Positions 9,396 through 19,019 of a stretch of DNA of 64,000 nt are shown piece after piece (positions within the stretch are counted from its first letter, which is position 1; each line of letters begins with the position of its first letter). The stretch lies in NCBI GenBank assembly GCA_947594845.1, contig CANQEI010000002.1, forward strand, positions 17,753 through 81,752, given 5' to 3'. The stretch is from an uncultured Clostridia bacterium (GTDB lineage: Bacteria; Bacillota; Clostridia; TANB77; CAG-508). The position numbers and the translations under genes are program-made. The notes under the pieces were generated by a model. It made no database searches. It was given only the letters and a program-made list of their open reading frames with translations, and was not told where the DNA came from.

Positions 9396-10241
9396 ATGGA
9401 ACTATTAGATGGAAAACAAGTTTCAAAAAAAACAAAAGAAGAACTAAAAAAAGAAGTAGAAAGCTTGAAAAAAGAAGGAATTAATCCAAAACTTGCAGTA
9501 ATAATGGTTGGAAATGATAGTGCGTCACAAATTTATGTAAGAAATAAAAATAAAGCATGTGAATTTGTTGGAATAGAATTTGAAGAATATCTTTTACCAG
9601 AAGAAACAAAGCAGCAAGAATTGCTAGATTTAATTGAAAAATTAAATAATAAAAAGGAAATCAATGGAATACTTTTACAAAGTCCGATACCAAAGCATTT
9701 AGATATAAATGAAGCATTTAGAAAAATATCTCCAGAAAAAGATGTTGATGGCTTTAATCCAGTAAATGTAGGAAAACTTGTATTAGGTCAAGACACATTT
9801 ATATCTTGCACACCTTTTGGAATAATGAAGATATTAGAAGATTATAATATAGATATAGAAGGAAAAAATGCTGTTGTTATAGGAAGAAGTAATATCGTTG
9901 GAAAACCAATGAGTCAATGCTTATTAAGCAAAAATGCAACAGTTACAGTTTGCCATTCAAAAACAAAAAATTTACCATCAATAACTAAACAAGCTGACAT
10001 ATTAGTTGCAGCAATTGGAAAGCCTTGTTTTGTAACTGAAGATATGGTAAAGCCTGGAGCAGTTGTAATTGATGTTGGAATAAACAGGATGGAAGATGGT
10101 AAACTAAAAGGTGATGTTGACTTTGAAAAAGTAAGTCAAAAAGTAAGTTATATTACGCCAGTTCCTGGAGGAGTTGGACCAATGACAGTAGCAATGCTTA
10201 TGACAAATGTTGTGAAAGCAGCAAAAAATCAAAATAAATAA
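9396..10241 (+). CDS. folD: Methylenetetrahydrofolate dehydrogenase/cyclohydrolase
   Basis: YVRNK, KDVDGF, CTP, GRSNIVGKP, DVGINR, TPVPGGVGPMT. Confidence 0.97.
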   Translation: MELLDGKQVSKKTKEELKKEVESLKKEGINPKLAVIMVGNDSASQIYVRNKNKACEFVGIEFEEYLLPEETKQQELLDLIEKLNNKKEINGILLQSPIPKHLDINEAFRKISPEKDVDGFNPVNVGKLVLGQDTFISCTPFGIMKILEDYNIDIEGKNAVVIGRSNIVGKPMSQCLLSKNATVTVCHSKTKNLPSITKQADILVAAIGKPCFVTEDMVKPGAVVIDVGINRMEDGKLKGDVDFEKVSQKVSYITPVPGGVGPMTVAMLMTNVVKAAKNQNK

Positions 10242-10275
10242 ATAATATAATAATTGGGGGCAAAATCAAGAAAGT

Positions 10276-11133
10276 ATGGAAGAAATATTTTACTGGATTT
10301 GGCTCTCAATTTTAGATTTAAAGCCAATAGAAAAAATTAAATTATTAGAATTTTTTAAAGAACCCAAAAACATATATAATTTAGATAAAAAACAATTAAA
10401 AGAAGTAACAGATTTAGAAGAACTAATAAATAAAATTATAGATGAAAAGAAACGAAAAAGAGCATATATAATTTTAAAAAATGCAATAAAAGAAAAAATA
10501 AAACTAATATGTGTAAAAGACAGTAAATACTCTAAGCAATTATTAAAAATATATGATTATCCAATTTTACTGTTTGCAAAAGGCAATATAGAATTATTGA
10601 ACACAAAATCAATTGCTATTGTAGGATGTAGAAATTGTTCTGAATATGGAGAAAATATTGCCAAGAAATTTAGTTTTAAGCTGTCTCAAAATAATTTTAC
10701 AATTGTAAGTGGAATGGCTAAAGGAATAGATACAGCAGCACATCAAGGTGCCTTGTTAAATAATGGAAAAACAATAGCTGTATTGGGGTCAGGAATAAAT
10801 TACATATATCCATATGAAAATAAAAATTTGTATAACAATATTTTAAAAAATGATGGGCTAATAATATCAGAATATGGAATATACGAGAAACCATATCCAA
10901 GTTATTTTCCAAAAAGAAATAGAATAATAAGTGGCTTATGTAATAAAATACTAGTTGTTGAAGCAACCATGAAAAGTGGAAGTATAATAACTGCTGATAT
11001 TGCTATAGAACAGGGAAAAAATGTTTATGCAATTCCTGGAAATATAACAAGCGAATATTCAAAAGGAACGAACGAATTAATAAAGGATGGAGCCATTTTA
11101 ACGTCTTCACTTGAAGATATTATAGATTTATAG
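10276..11133 (+). CDS. dprA: DNA-processing protein DprA (short form, no obvious C-terminal wHTH)
   Basis: IAIVGCR, VSGMAKGID, IISEY, FPKRNRIISG, VVEA, SGSIITA, AIPG, GTNELI. Confidence 0.93.
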   Translation: MEEIFYWIWLSILDLKPIEKIKLLEFFKEPKNIYNLDKKQLKEVTDLEELINKIIDEKKRKRAYIILKNAIKEKIKLICVKDSKYSKQLLKIYDYPILLFAKGNIELLNTKSIAIVGCRNCSEYGENIAKKFSFKLSQNNFTIVSGMAKGIDTAAHQGALLNNGKTIAVLGSGINYIYPYENKNLYNNILKNDGLIISEYGIYEKPYPSYFPKRNRIISGLCNKILVVEATMKSGSIITADIAIEQGKNVYAIPGNITSEYSKGTNELIKDGAILTSSLEDIIDL

Positions 11134-11171
11134 TATTATTTATATAATTATAGAGAAAGGAAGAATAGACA

Positions 11172-11945
11172 ATGAGAATACTAGCAGTAGGCGATTTAGT
11201 TGGAAATATTGGACTAAAAAAGTTTGAAAAAGAATATAAAGGAATAAAGGAAAAAGAAAATATAGACTTCTGTATTGTAAATGCAGAAAATGTTGCAGAT
11301 GGATTTGGAATAACAGAAAAAGATTTTAATAAGTTATTAGAAATGAATATTGATTGTATTACAATGGGAAACCATACATGGGGAAAAAGAGATATATTTA
11401 ATTTTATAAATAGTCCTAAATTAGTAAGACCAGCTAATTATCCAGAAAATAATCCTGGAAAGGGATATAGAATTTTTGAATGCAAAACTAAGAAAATAGC
11501 TGTCATAAATTTAATTGGAAGAGTAGAAATGGGAATACAAAGTGAAAATCCATTTACAGTAGCAGAAGATATAATAGAAAAAATTAAAGATGAAATAGAT
11601 ATAATAGTAATTGATTTTCATGCTGAGGCAACAGCTGAAAAATTAGCATTAGCACATTACTTAGATGGAAAAGCTAATATTATATTTGGAACACATACAC
11701 ATGTTGAAACTGCAGATGAAACAATATTGGAAAATGGTACAGCATACATTACAGATATAGGAATGACAGGACCAAAAAATTCAATTATTGGTATGGATAT
11801 AAATGTTGCACTTAAAAGATTTTTAACTTCTATTCCAGAAAGATATAAAGTAGCTGATGGAGAAGCAAAATTGAGAGCATGTATATTTGAAATAAATGAA
11901 GATAATTGTAAAATAGAGAAAATAAAAAGAGTAAAAATAGATTAA
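11172..11945 (+). CDS. ymdB: YmdB-family metallophosphoesterase
   Basis: GDLVG, NAEN, TMGNH, RPAN, DFHAEATAEK, GTHTH, TDIGMTG; adjacent to spoVS as in Bacillus. Confidence 0.93.
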   Translation: MRILAVGDLVGNIGLKKFEKEYKGIKEKENIDFCIVNAENVADGFGITEKDFNKLLEMNIDCITMGNHTWGKRDIFNFINSPKLVRPANYPENNPGKGYRIFECKTKKIAVINLIGRVEMGIQSENPFTVAEDIIEKIKDEIDIIVIDFHAEATAEKLALAHYLDGKANIIFGTHTHVETADETILENGTAYITDIGMTGPKNSIIGMDINVALKRFLTSIPERYKVADGEAKLRACIFEINEDNCKIEKIKRVKID

Positions 11946-11946
11946 A

Positions 11947-11953
11947 TGTCGAA
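11947..11953 (+). promoter_or_regulatory. Spo0A box upstream of spoVS
   Basis: TGTCGAA matches the TGNCGAA consensus; short motif, could be chance. Confidence 0.4.
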
Positions 11954-12074
11954 AAATAAAATAATGAGTCATACGATTCTTCCATTTTTTACCATAAATG
12001 TATAGACAATTGAATAACTATATTATATAAAAAGTATTGTCAATGTTACAAATAAAAAAATAGGAGGCAAAAAA

Positions 12075-12338
12075 ATGGAAGTTTTAAAAATTTCATCAAA
12101 ATCAAATCCAAATTCAGTTGCAGGAGCAATTGCAGGATTAGTAAAGGAAACGACAAAAGCAGAAATGCAAGCAATAGGAGCAGGAGCTCTAAATCAAGCG
12201 ATTAAGGCGGTAGCAATAGCCAGAGGTTTTGTGGCGCCAGCTGGGGTAGATTTAATTTGTATACCAGCATTTGCAGAAGTCCAAGTGGAAGGAGAAGATA
12301 GAACTGGTATAAAATTAATAATAGAATCAAGAAAATAA
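12075..12338 (+). CDS. spoVS: Stage V sporulation protein S
   Basis: MEVLKISSKSNPNSVAGAIAG...AIGAGALNQAIKAVAIARGF; RBS AGGAGG. Confidence 0.97.
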   Translation: MEVLKISSKSNPNSVAGAIAGLVKETTKAEMQAIGAGALNQAIKAVAIARGFVAPAGVDLICIPAFAEVQVEGEDRTGIKLIIESRK

Positions 12339-12344
12339 AGTATT

Positions 12345-12372
12345 AAGGGAGCTAGTTACTAGCCCCTTTTTT
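12345..12372 (+). terminator. Intrinsic terminator after spoVS
   Basis: AAGGGAGCTAG...CTAGCCCC followed by T6. Confidence 0.75.
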
Positions 12373-12476
12373 GATTTGAATATAAATTATAAAGAAATAA
12401 CTTGAAAGAAAATAAAAATTAATATATGATTATTCAAGAAATAAAATCTATTTTTATTACACTGAAAGGTATATAG

Positions 12477-14081
12477 ATGAAAAAAAATAATATTTTTAAA
12501 TATATTTTCATAGTTGTAATTATAGTATTAGCCATTGTAACATATTCATTCTATAAAAAAGAAAAAAAATCACAACAAAATAGTGCTAATACTCAAGAAG
12601 TGCAAGAAACTGAAAACGTGGTAAGAGAATTAAGACTAGCAATTTCACAACTTGATACAATAAATCCAATTATAAGTCAAAACAGACATGTTCAAGAAAT
12701 AAGTAAAATAATATTTGATTCATTAGTATCACTAAACGAAGATTATTCTATAAAACAAGAATTAGCATCTGAAGTTTCAAAAGTTGATGATGTTACATAT
12801 CTAATAAAATTACGTGAAGATGTAAAATGGTCTGATGGCACATCATTTAAGGCAGAAGACGTAAGATATACAGTTCAATTATTAAGAAGCTTTAATTCAG
12901 TTTATTCAGCAAATGTACAACATGTTATGGCAATAGATGTTTTAGATGATCAAACTTTAAGATTCACATTAGATCAAGAAGTTCCATTTTTTGAATATAA
13001 TTTAACTTTTCCAATAATGTCATCAGAATATTATAAAGACATTGACTTTGCAAACTCAGAAAAAACGAATTTACCACTTGGAACAGGAATGTTCAAAATA
13101 GTATCATATGATGAAAAGATAATAAGATTAGAAAAAAATACAGAATATTGGAATTCGGAAAAAAATACTGTTTTGGAAAAAATAGATATAAATATATATC
13201 AAACAATGGGCGAAGTATACAATGATTTTAAAAATGGAAATATAGATACAATAAATACTTCACAAAGTAGTGTTAACCAATATATAGGAAGTATTGGATT
13301 TGAATCAATAGAATTCGATGGAAGAGAATATGATTACGTAGCATTTAATGTGCAAAGTCCGAATCTATCTGGTGCACAAACTAGAAAAGCATTATCATAT
13401 TATATAGACAAGAACAATACTGTAGCTAGTAGCTATGGAAATTCAGGAAGAGTATCAGATTTCCCATTAGATTATGGAAATTTTACATATCAAACAGGAA
13501 TAATTGATAATGGTTATAATGTTGAAGCTGCAAATAATTTATTAATGCAAGATGGATGGAATTATAAAAATAATACTTGGCAAAGATTAAATGGAAGAAA
13601 ATATACTAGTTTATCATTCTCGCTAACTATAAATGGAGACAATCCAACTAATGAAGTTATTGCAGAGAATTTAAGACAGCAATGGGCTAACTCAGGAATT
13701 AAAGTTACAGTAAAGAAGGTAGATTCAGCTAGATATCATGCTCTAATAGATTCTAAAACTGGATATGATGCAATTTTAATTAATATCTCAAATTCATATT
13801 CACCAAACATAGATACATATTTAGGACAATACAATATTTCAAATTATTCAAATGAAGAAGTAAATCAAATATTATCAGAAGCAAAAAATATAACAGATAC
13901 TAATTTACTAAAAGAAAAATATAAAAGAATACTAGAAATATATAATGAAGATAAGCCTTTTATGAGCATATCTAGAAAGAAAAATTTATTAGTTTATAAT
14001 ACTAATTTAACAGGAAATCTAAAACCAACAATTTATAATATATATATGCATATAGATAAATGGTATAGAAAAAATTATTAA
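12477..14081 (+). CDS. Peptide ABC transporter substrate-binding protein (family 5), membrane-anchored
   Basis: IFDSLV, LREDVKWSDGTSFKAEDV, PLGTGMFK motifs; N-terminal TM anchor without lipobox Cys. Confidence 0.85.
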   Translation: MKKNNIFKYIFIVVIIVLAIVTYSFYKKEKKSQQNSANTQEVQETENVVRELRLAISQLDTINPIISQNRHVQEISKIIFDSLVSLNEDYSIKQELASEVSKVDDVTYLIKLREDVKWSDGTSFKAEDVRYTVQLLRSFNSVYSANVQHVMAIDVLDDQTLRFTLDQEVPFFEYNLTFPIMSSEYYKDIDFANSEKTNLPLGTGMFKIVSYDEKIIRLEKNTEYWNSEKNTVLEKIDINIYQTMGEVYNDFKNGNIDTINTSQSSVNQYIGSIGFESIEFDGREYDYVAFNVQSPNLSGAQTRKALSYYIDKNNTVASSYGNSGRVSDFPLDYGNFTYQTGIIDNGYNVEAANNLLMQDGWNYKNNTWQRLNGRKYTSLSFSLTINGDNPTNEVIAENLRQQWANSGIKVTVKKVDSARYHALIDSKTGYDAILINISNSYSPNIDTYLGQYNISNYSNEEVNQILSEAKNITDTNLLKEKYKRILEIYNEDKPFMSISRKKNLLVYNTNLTGNLKPTIYNIYMHIDKWYRKNY

Positions 14082-14088
14082 AAAAGTA

Positions 14089-14116
14089 TTGACAAAAAAA
14101 ATCTATTAGATATAAT
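14089..14116 (+). promoter_or_regulatory. SigA promoter of recA
   Basis: TTGACA-16 nt-TATAAT. Confidence 0.75.
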
Positions 14117-14164
14117 TAAACAAAACAAACGTTTAGCAAACAAAAATTTGAAGGAGAAAAGAAA

Positions 14165-15223
14165 ATGAAAGAAAATGATGAAAGAAAAAAAGCCTTAGAC
14201 GCAGCCATGGGACAAATTGAAAAACAGTTTGGAAAAGGTTCTGTAATGAAACTAGGAGAATATAAAGCAATGGAAGTTGAAGCAATTCCAACAGGAGCTT
14301 TAACACTAGATGTTGCATTAGGAATAGGAGGAATTCCTAAAGGAAGAATTATTGAAGTATTTGGACCAGAATCATCTGGAAAGACAACATTAGCTTTACA
14401 TGTTGCTGCAGAAGCACAAAAAGCTGGTGGTGTTGCAGCATTTATAGATGCAGAACATGCCCTAGATCCAATATATGCTAGAAAATTAGGAGTAGATATT
14501 GATAATTTAATTGTTTCACAACCAGATACAGGTGAACAAGCATTAGAAATTGCAGAAGCTCTTGTAAGAAGCGGTGCAATAGATATAATAGTTGTCGATT
14601 CAGTTGCAGCTCTTGTACCAAAAGCTGAAATAGATGGAGATATGGGAGATACACATGTTGCATTACAAGCTAGATTAATGTCTCAAGCACTAAGAAAATT
14701 AGCTGGTGTACTAAATAAATCTAAAACAGCAATTATATTTATAAACCAATTAAGAGAAAAAGTTGGAATAATGTTTGGAAACCCAGAGACTACTCCAGGA
14801 GGTAGAGCTTTAAAATTTTATGCATCAGTACGTCTTGACATTAGAAAAGCAGAAAATATTAAAGTAGATGGAAATGTTATAGGAAGTAGAACAAAAGTAA
14901 AAGTTGTAAAAAATAAAGTAGCTCCACCATTTAGAGAAGCTGAATTTGATATACTATATGGAGAAGGTATATCTAAAGAAGGAAGTATTTTAGATTTAGC
15001 AGTAAACTTAGATATAATAGAAAAAAGTGGTGCTTGGTTTAGCTATAAAGGAGAAAAAGTTGGACAGGGTAGAGAGAACGTAAAAAAATATTTAAAAGAG
15101 AATCCAAAAGTATTAGAAGAAGTAGAACAAAAAATCAGAGATAATTATAGCAAAGCTTTTGAACAAGCTTTAAATGAAAATAGCACAGATAACGAAGAAA
15201 CAAAAGAAACAGAAGAAGAGTAA
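14165..15223 (+). CDS. recA: Recombinase A
   Basis: GPESSGKTT Walker [34 protein letters not shown]. Confidence 0.99.
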   Translation: MKENDERKKALDAAMGQIEKQFGKGSVMKLGEYKAMEVEAIPTGALTLDVALGIGGIPKGRIIEVFGPESSGKTTLALHVAAEAQKAGGVAAFIDAEHALDPIYARKLGVDIDNLIVSQPDTGEQALEIAEALVRSGAIDIIVVDSVAALVPKAEIDGDMGDTHVALQARLMSQALRKLAGVLNKSKTAIIFINQLREKVGIMFGNPETTPGGRALKFYASVRLDIRKAENIKVDGNVIGSRTKVKVVKNKVAPPFREAEFDILYGEGISKEGSILDLAVNLDIIEKSGAWFSYKGEKVGQGRENVKKYLKENPKVLEEVEQKIRDNYSKAFEQALNENSTDNEETKETEEE

Positions 15224-15238
15224 AAGTTAAGTCTATAG

Positions 15239-15265
15239 AAAAGATGCACTAAATGTGCATCTTTT
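15239..15265 (+). terminator. Hairpin terminator/attenuator between recA and recX
   Basis: AAAAGATGCAC / GTGCATCTTTT inverted repeat. Confidence 0.65.
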
Positions 15266-15284
15266 AATATAAATAGGAGTAAAA

Positions 15285-15740
15285 ATGGATATTGAAAGAT
15301 TGGAAAAAATTGATAAATTAAAAACAAAAATACTTAAATATATATTTTATAAAAAAAGAACAGAAAAAGAAGTAATAGAAAAATTTAAAAATGAGGATAG
15401 TGATATTTTAGACGAAACTATTGAAAATTTAAAAGAATTGGGATATATTAACGATGTAGAATATATTAATAGATATATGCATGAAGCAATATCTTTAAAA
15501 AATTTATCAATTTTTGAATTAAAATATAAATTATATTCTAAAGGAATAAGTGAAAACTTAATCGAAGAATACATTTCTGAAAATAAAGAAATGCTAGATG
15601 ATTATGAGCTTTTATCTGCAAGAAATATCGTAAATAAAAAACAAGCTGAAAAAGAATTAAATGAAATAATATTATATTTAAGGAAAAAAAGATATACACC
15701 AGAAACAATAACCAAAATAACAGAAGAATTAGAAGAATAG
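15285..15740 (+). CDS. recX: Regulatory protein RecX (divergent)
   Basis: Directly after recA; KRTEKEV, LKELGYIND, LYSKGI, YLRKKRY correspond to the three RecX repeats. Confidence 0.8.
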   Translation: MDIERLEKIDKLKTKILKYIFYKKRTEKEVIEKFKNEDSDILDETIENLKELGYINDVEYINRYMHEAISLKNLSIFELKYKLYSKGISENLIEEYISENKEMLDDYELLSARNIVNKKQAEKELNEIILYLRKKRYTPETITKITEELEE

Positions 15741-15767
15741 CTATAAGAAGGGAAAGATATTTGTAGA

Positions 15768-16517
15768 ATGGGAATACTTACATTAGAGACAAATAAATAT
15801 GCATTAAAATTAGAAAATTTTGAAGGGCCATTAGATTTGCTATTACACTTAATAGACAAAAACAAAATGGATATTTATGATGTTAGATTGTCAGAAATTA
15901 CTGACCAATATATAGAATACATAAACGAAATGGAATCACATAACTTAGATATAGCAAGTGAATTTTTGGTTATAGCAAGTACATTAGTATATTTAAAATC
16001 AAAAGAACTATTGCCAAAGGAAATAGAAGATGAAGCTGAACTTACTGAAGAAGAATTACTAAGAAGGATTATTGAATATAAAAAATATAAGGAAATATCA
16101 AAAAAATTAAAAGAATTTTTTATTGAAAATTCAAAAAGATTTTCAAAATCACCAGAAAAAATTGAATTGCCAAAGCAAAAATTAGAAAAAGAATACTCTA
16201 ATGAATTAATATACAGTAATTATAAAAGATTAATAGAAAATAATGAAGTCAAAATAAATAAAAATGCTGAAAATATTGAAAAAATAGCAATTAGAGAAAA
16301 CTTTTCAGTAACAGCAAAAGTTAAAGAAATATTTAAAGAATTATCTAAAAAACCAAAATTTGTTTTTAATAAATTATTTTCAATAAATACAAAACCTAAA
16401 GCAGAAGTAGTAACAGCTTTTACAGGAGTATTAGAACTAACAAGAAGAAATAAAATTATTACAGAACAAGAAGAATTATTTGGAGATATAATTGTTGAAA
16501 AGAAAAAAGAAATTTAA
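15768..16517 (+). CDS. scpA: Segregation and condensation protein A
   Basis: FEGPLDLLLHLI, ITDQY, ASEFLVIASTLVYLKS, FTGVLEL, QEELFGDI. Confidence 0.95.
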   Translation: MGILTLETNKYALKLENFEGPLDLLLHLIDKNKMDIYDVRLSEITDQYIEYINEMESHNLDIASEFLVIASTLVYLKSKELLPKEIEDEAELTEEELLRRIIEYKKYKEISKKLKEFFIENSKRFSKSPEKIELPKQKLEKEYSNELIYSNYKRLIENNEVKINKNAENIEKIAIRENFSVTAKVKEIFKELSKKPKFVFNKLFSINTKPKAEVVTAFTGVLELTRRNKIITEQEELFGDIIVEKKKEI

Positions 16518-16552
16518 TTTATAAAATAGCAACATATGGAAAAAATAGTAAT

Positions 16553-17089
16553 ATGGAAATATTCATATTACTTTTTTTTATTTTACTAATAATATTGTTA
16601 GTTACAAGTAAAATAGAAATATATATTAATAAATTAGAGTATACACATGGAAAAATAAAATTTTTTATAAAAATAAATGTATATACTTTAAATAAAATAA
16701 AAATATTATCAAAAAAAATAAACAAAAAACATGTAATTAAAATATTGGAATTTATAATAAGAAAAAAAGAAAAAGAATCTGAAAATAAAAATAATAAAAA
16801 ATCAATTTTAAAAGTAAAAAGAATGTATATAGAAATAAACTATGGAATTAAAAAAATATATCCTAACATATATATTTATTCAATATTAAATGCACTAGTG
16901 CCGATGACTCTTGGAAAATATCAAATTAGGAATGCACAATATAAAATAAATACCAATTTTAATAAAAATGAATTAAATATAAAATTAAAAAGCATAATAG
17001 AAATTGATATTTTTAAATTTATAATAAATAGCCTAAAAGAAAAAATTGTTAGGATATTAAAAATAAAACAGTCAACAAGTATCTTATAG
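16553..17089 (+). CDS. Hypothetical basic protein, possibly YtfI/DUF2953-like
   Basis: N-terminal hydrophobic helix, K/I-rich; position next to scpA and ytfJ; SigF-like -10 GGAAAAAATA at 16538-16547. Confidence 0.45.
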   Translation: MEIFILLFFILLIILLVTSKIEIYINKLEYTHGKIKFFIKINVYTLNKIKILSKKINKKHVIKILEFIIRKKEKESENKNNKKSILKVKRMYIEINYGIKKIYPNIYIYSILNALVPMTLGKYQIRNAQYKINTNFNKNELNIKLKSIIEIDIFKFIINSLKEKIVRILKIKQSTSIL

Positions 17090-17118
17090 TAAATAAAAAT
17101 AAGATACTAATTGACTGT
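17068..17118. terminator. Long imperfect hairpin between convergent genes
   Basis: ACAGTCAA-CA-AGTATCTTAT / ATAAGATACT-AA-TTGACTGT. Confidence 0.6.
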
Positions 17119-17132
17119 CTTATACAAATAGA

Positions 17133-17627
17133 TTATTCGTCATCATCTAAAGAACTTTCATCAACTTCTTCAAGGTTTTCTTCGATTTTTTCTTTTAACT
17201 TATTAATAGATTCATTTTTATTTTTCATATTTTTAATAATTTCACTAGATTTTTCTATTAGTTCAGGAACGTAATCAACAAGTTTGTCAATATAAGTTTC
17301 ATGACTTGCTGGTAATAATCTTACTACTCCATTATTAACTACTAAAAATGCTACAGGTTCAATACTTACACCAGCTCCACTTCCTCCACCAAATGGTAAT
17401 CTATACTGAACTTGTTCTTCCTTTTCTTTTCTTGAATACTCATTCACAGTTTCTCCTTTAAATTCACTACCACCGGCAGCGAAACCAAATGAAACTTTAG
17501 AAATTGGAATAATTAAAGTATCAATTCCTGTAGAAATTGGTTCGCCTATTATTGTGTCAACATCAATCATATCTTTAATACTATTCATAGCAGTATTCAT
17601 TAAACCTTCAATTGGGTGATTCATCAT
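17133..17627 (-). CDS. ytfJ: GerW/YtfJ family sporulation protein
   Basis: HPIEGLMNTAMNSIKDMIDVDTIIGEPI, IIPISKVSFGFAAGGSEF, FGGGSGAGVSIEPVAFLV. Confidence 0.93.
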   Translation of the reverse strand: MMNHPIEGLMNTAMNSIKDMIDVDTIIGEPISTGIDTLIIPISKVSFGFAAGGSEFKGETVNEYSRKEKEEQVQYRLPFGGGSGAGVSIEPVAFLVVNNGVVRLLPASHETYIDKLVDYVPELIEKSSEIIKNMKNKNESINKLKEKIEENLEEVDESSLDDDE

Positions 17628-17763
17628 AATAAAATCCTTTCCAAAATAATAATTAGTATTATTATTCTCAAAAAGAAATGAAATATACTAATTAGTCAAA
17701 TTAGTTGTCTTATAAAAATAATAATGATAAAATTATTTAAAAATTATTAAAACAGGAGTAAAA

Positions 17764-19017
17764 ATGGAAAACATAGAAAAAATAAAAGAGAAAGCTACAT
17801 ATTGTTTAGGATGTAAATTAAAGCCATGTTCAAAAGGATGCCCTATAGGAACCAACATACCAGAATTTATAAAAAAAATAAAAGAAGATAATTTTGAAGA
17901 AGCATATAAAATATTACATGAAAACAATATATTTTCACATATATGTAGTTTAATATGCCCACAAGAAGAACAATGTGAAGGATCTTGCGTAAGAGGAATA
18001 AAGCAAAAATCAACTGAAATTGGAAAACTAGAACAGTTTGTAAATGAATGGGCAGAAGAAAATAACTTTGAACTACCAAAACAAACAATAACGGAAAACA
18101 AAAAGCAAAAAATTGCAGTAATTGGATCTGGACCAGCAGGAATAGAGTGTGCGTATGAATTGAGAAAAAAAGGATACAATGTAACAATATTTGAAAAAGA
18201 AAAAGAAATTGGCGGAATCTTAACATATGGAATACCAGATTTTAGATTAAGAAAAGAACTTATTGAAAATATAATAAGAATTCTGAAAGAAATGGATGTT
18301 AAATTTGAGACAGAAAAAGAATTAGGAAAAAACTTGCACATATCAGAATTAAAGGAAAAATATGATGCAATATTTTTAGGAATTGGTGCAGAGATACCAA
18401 GCCAATACGACTTAGGAAATTTTGAAAAAATATATGACTCAGATTATTTCTTAAAATCATATAATAATAAAAAATTTATAAAGGATTTAGGCGATGTAGT
18501 TGTAATAGGTGGAGGAAATGTGACTATGGACTGTTCAAGAGCAGCTTTAAGAATGGGAGCTACAAGTTCATCAATATTATATAGAAGAGATGAAGAACAT
18601 ATGCCTGCAAGAGAAATTGAATTAGAAGAAGCTGTAAAGGACGGTGTAAAGCCTGTTTTTACAACTAGAGTAATAAATGCTGAAGGAGAAAACAGAAAAA
18701 TAGAATCTGTAAAATGTATTAAAACAAAAGTAATAGATGGAAAAGCAATTGACATTCCTAATACTGAGTTTAACTATAAAGCTAATACAGTTGTTTTTGC
18801 AATAGGATTAAAGCCAAATAAAGAAATTTTAGATAAAGAAGGCTTACAATATAATGAAAAAAATTTAATTGAAATTGATGAAAATTGCCAAACTAACATA
18901 GATAGAGTTTTTGCAGGAGGAGATTTATCAGAGTCAAAATCTACAGTATGCAGAGCAATAGCAAGTAGTAAAAAGGCTGCTAACTCAATAGCAAAAATGC
19001 TTGAAGAAGGAGAATAA
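17764..19017 (+). CDS. GltD/NfnB-like Fe-S flavoprotein NAD(P)H oxidoreductase
   Basis: CLGCKLKPCSKGCP and CSLICPQEEQCEGSC Fe-S motifs; VIGSGPAG; YGIPDFRL; VIGGGN; FAGGD. Confidence 0.88.
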   Translation: MENIEKIKEKATYCLGCKLKPCSKGCPIGTNIPEFIKKIKEDNFEEAYKILHENNIFSHICSLICPQEEQCEGSCVRGIKQKSTEIGKLEQFVNEWAEENNFELPKQTITENKKQKIAVIGSGPAGIECAYELRKKGYNVTIFEKEKEIGGILTYGIPDFRLRKELIENIIRILKEMDVKFETEKELGKNLHISELKEKYDAIFLGIGAEIPSQYDLGNFEKIYDSDYFLKSYNNKKFIKDLGDVVVIGGGNVTMDCSRAALRMGATSSSILYRRDEEHMPAREIELEEAVKDGVKPVFTTRVINAEGENRKIESVKCIKTKVIDGKAIDIPNTEFNYKANTVVFAIGLKPNKEILDKEGLQYNEKNLIEIDENCQTNIDRVFAGGDLSESKSTVCRAIASSKKAANSIAKMLEEGE

Positions 19018-19019
19018 AT

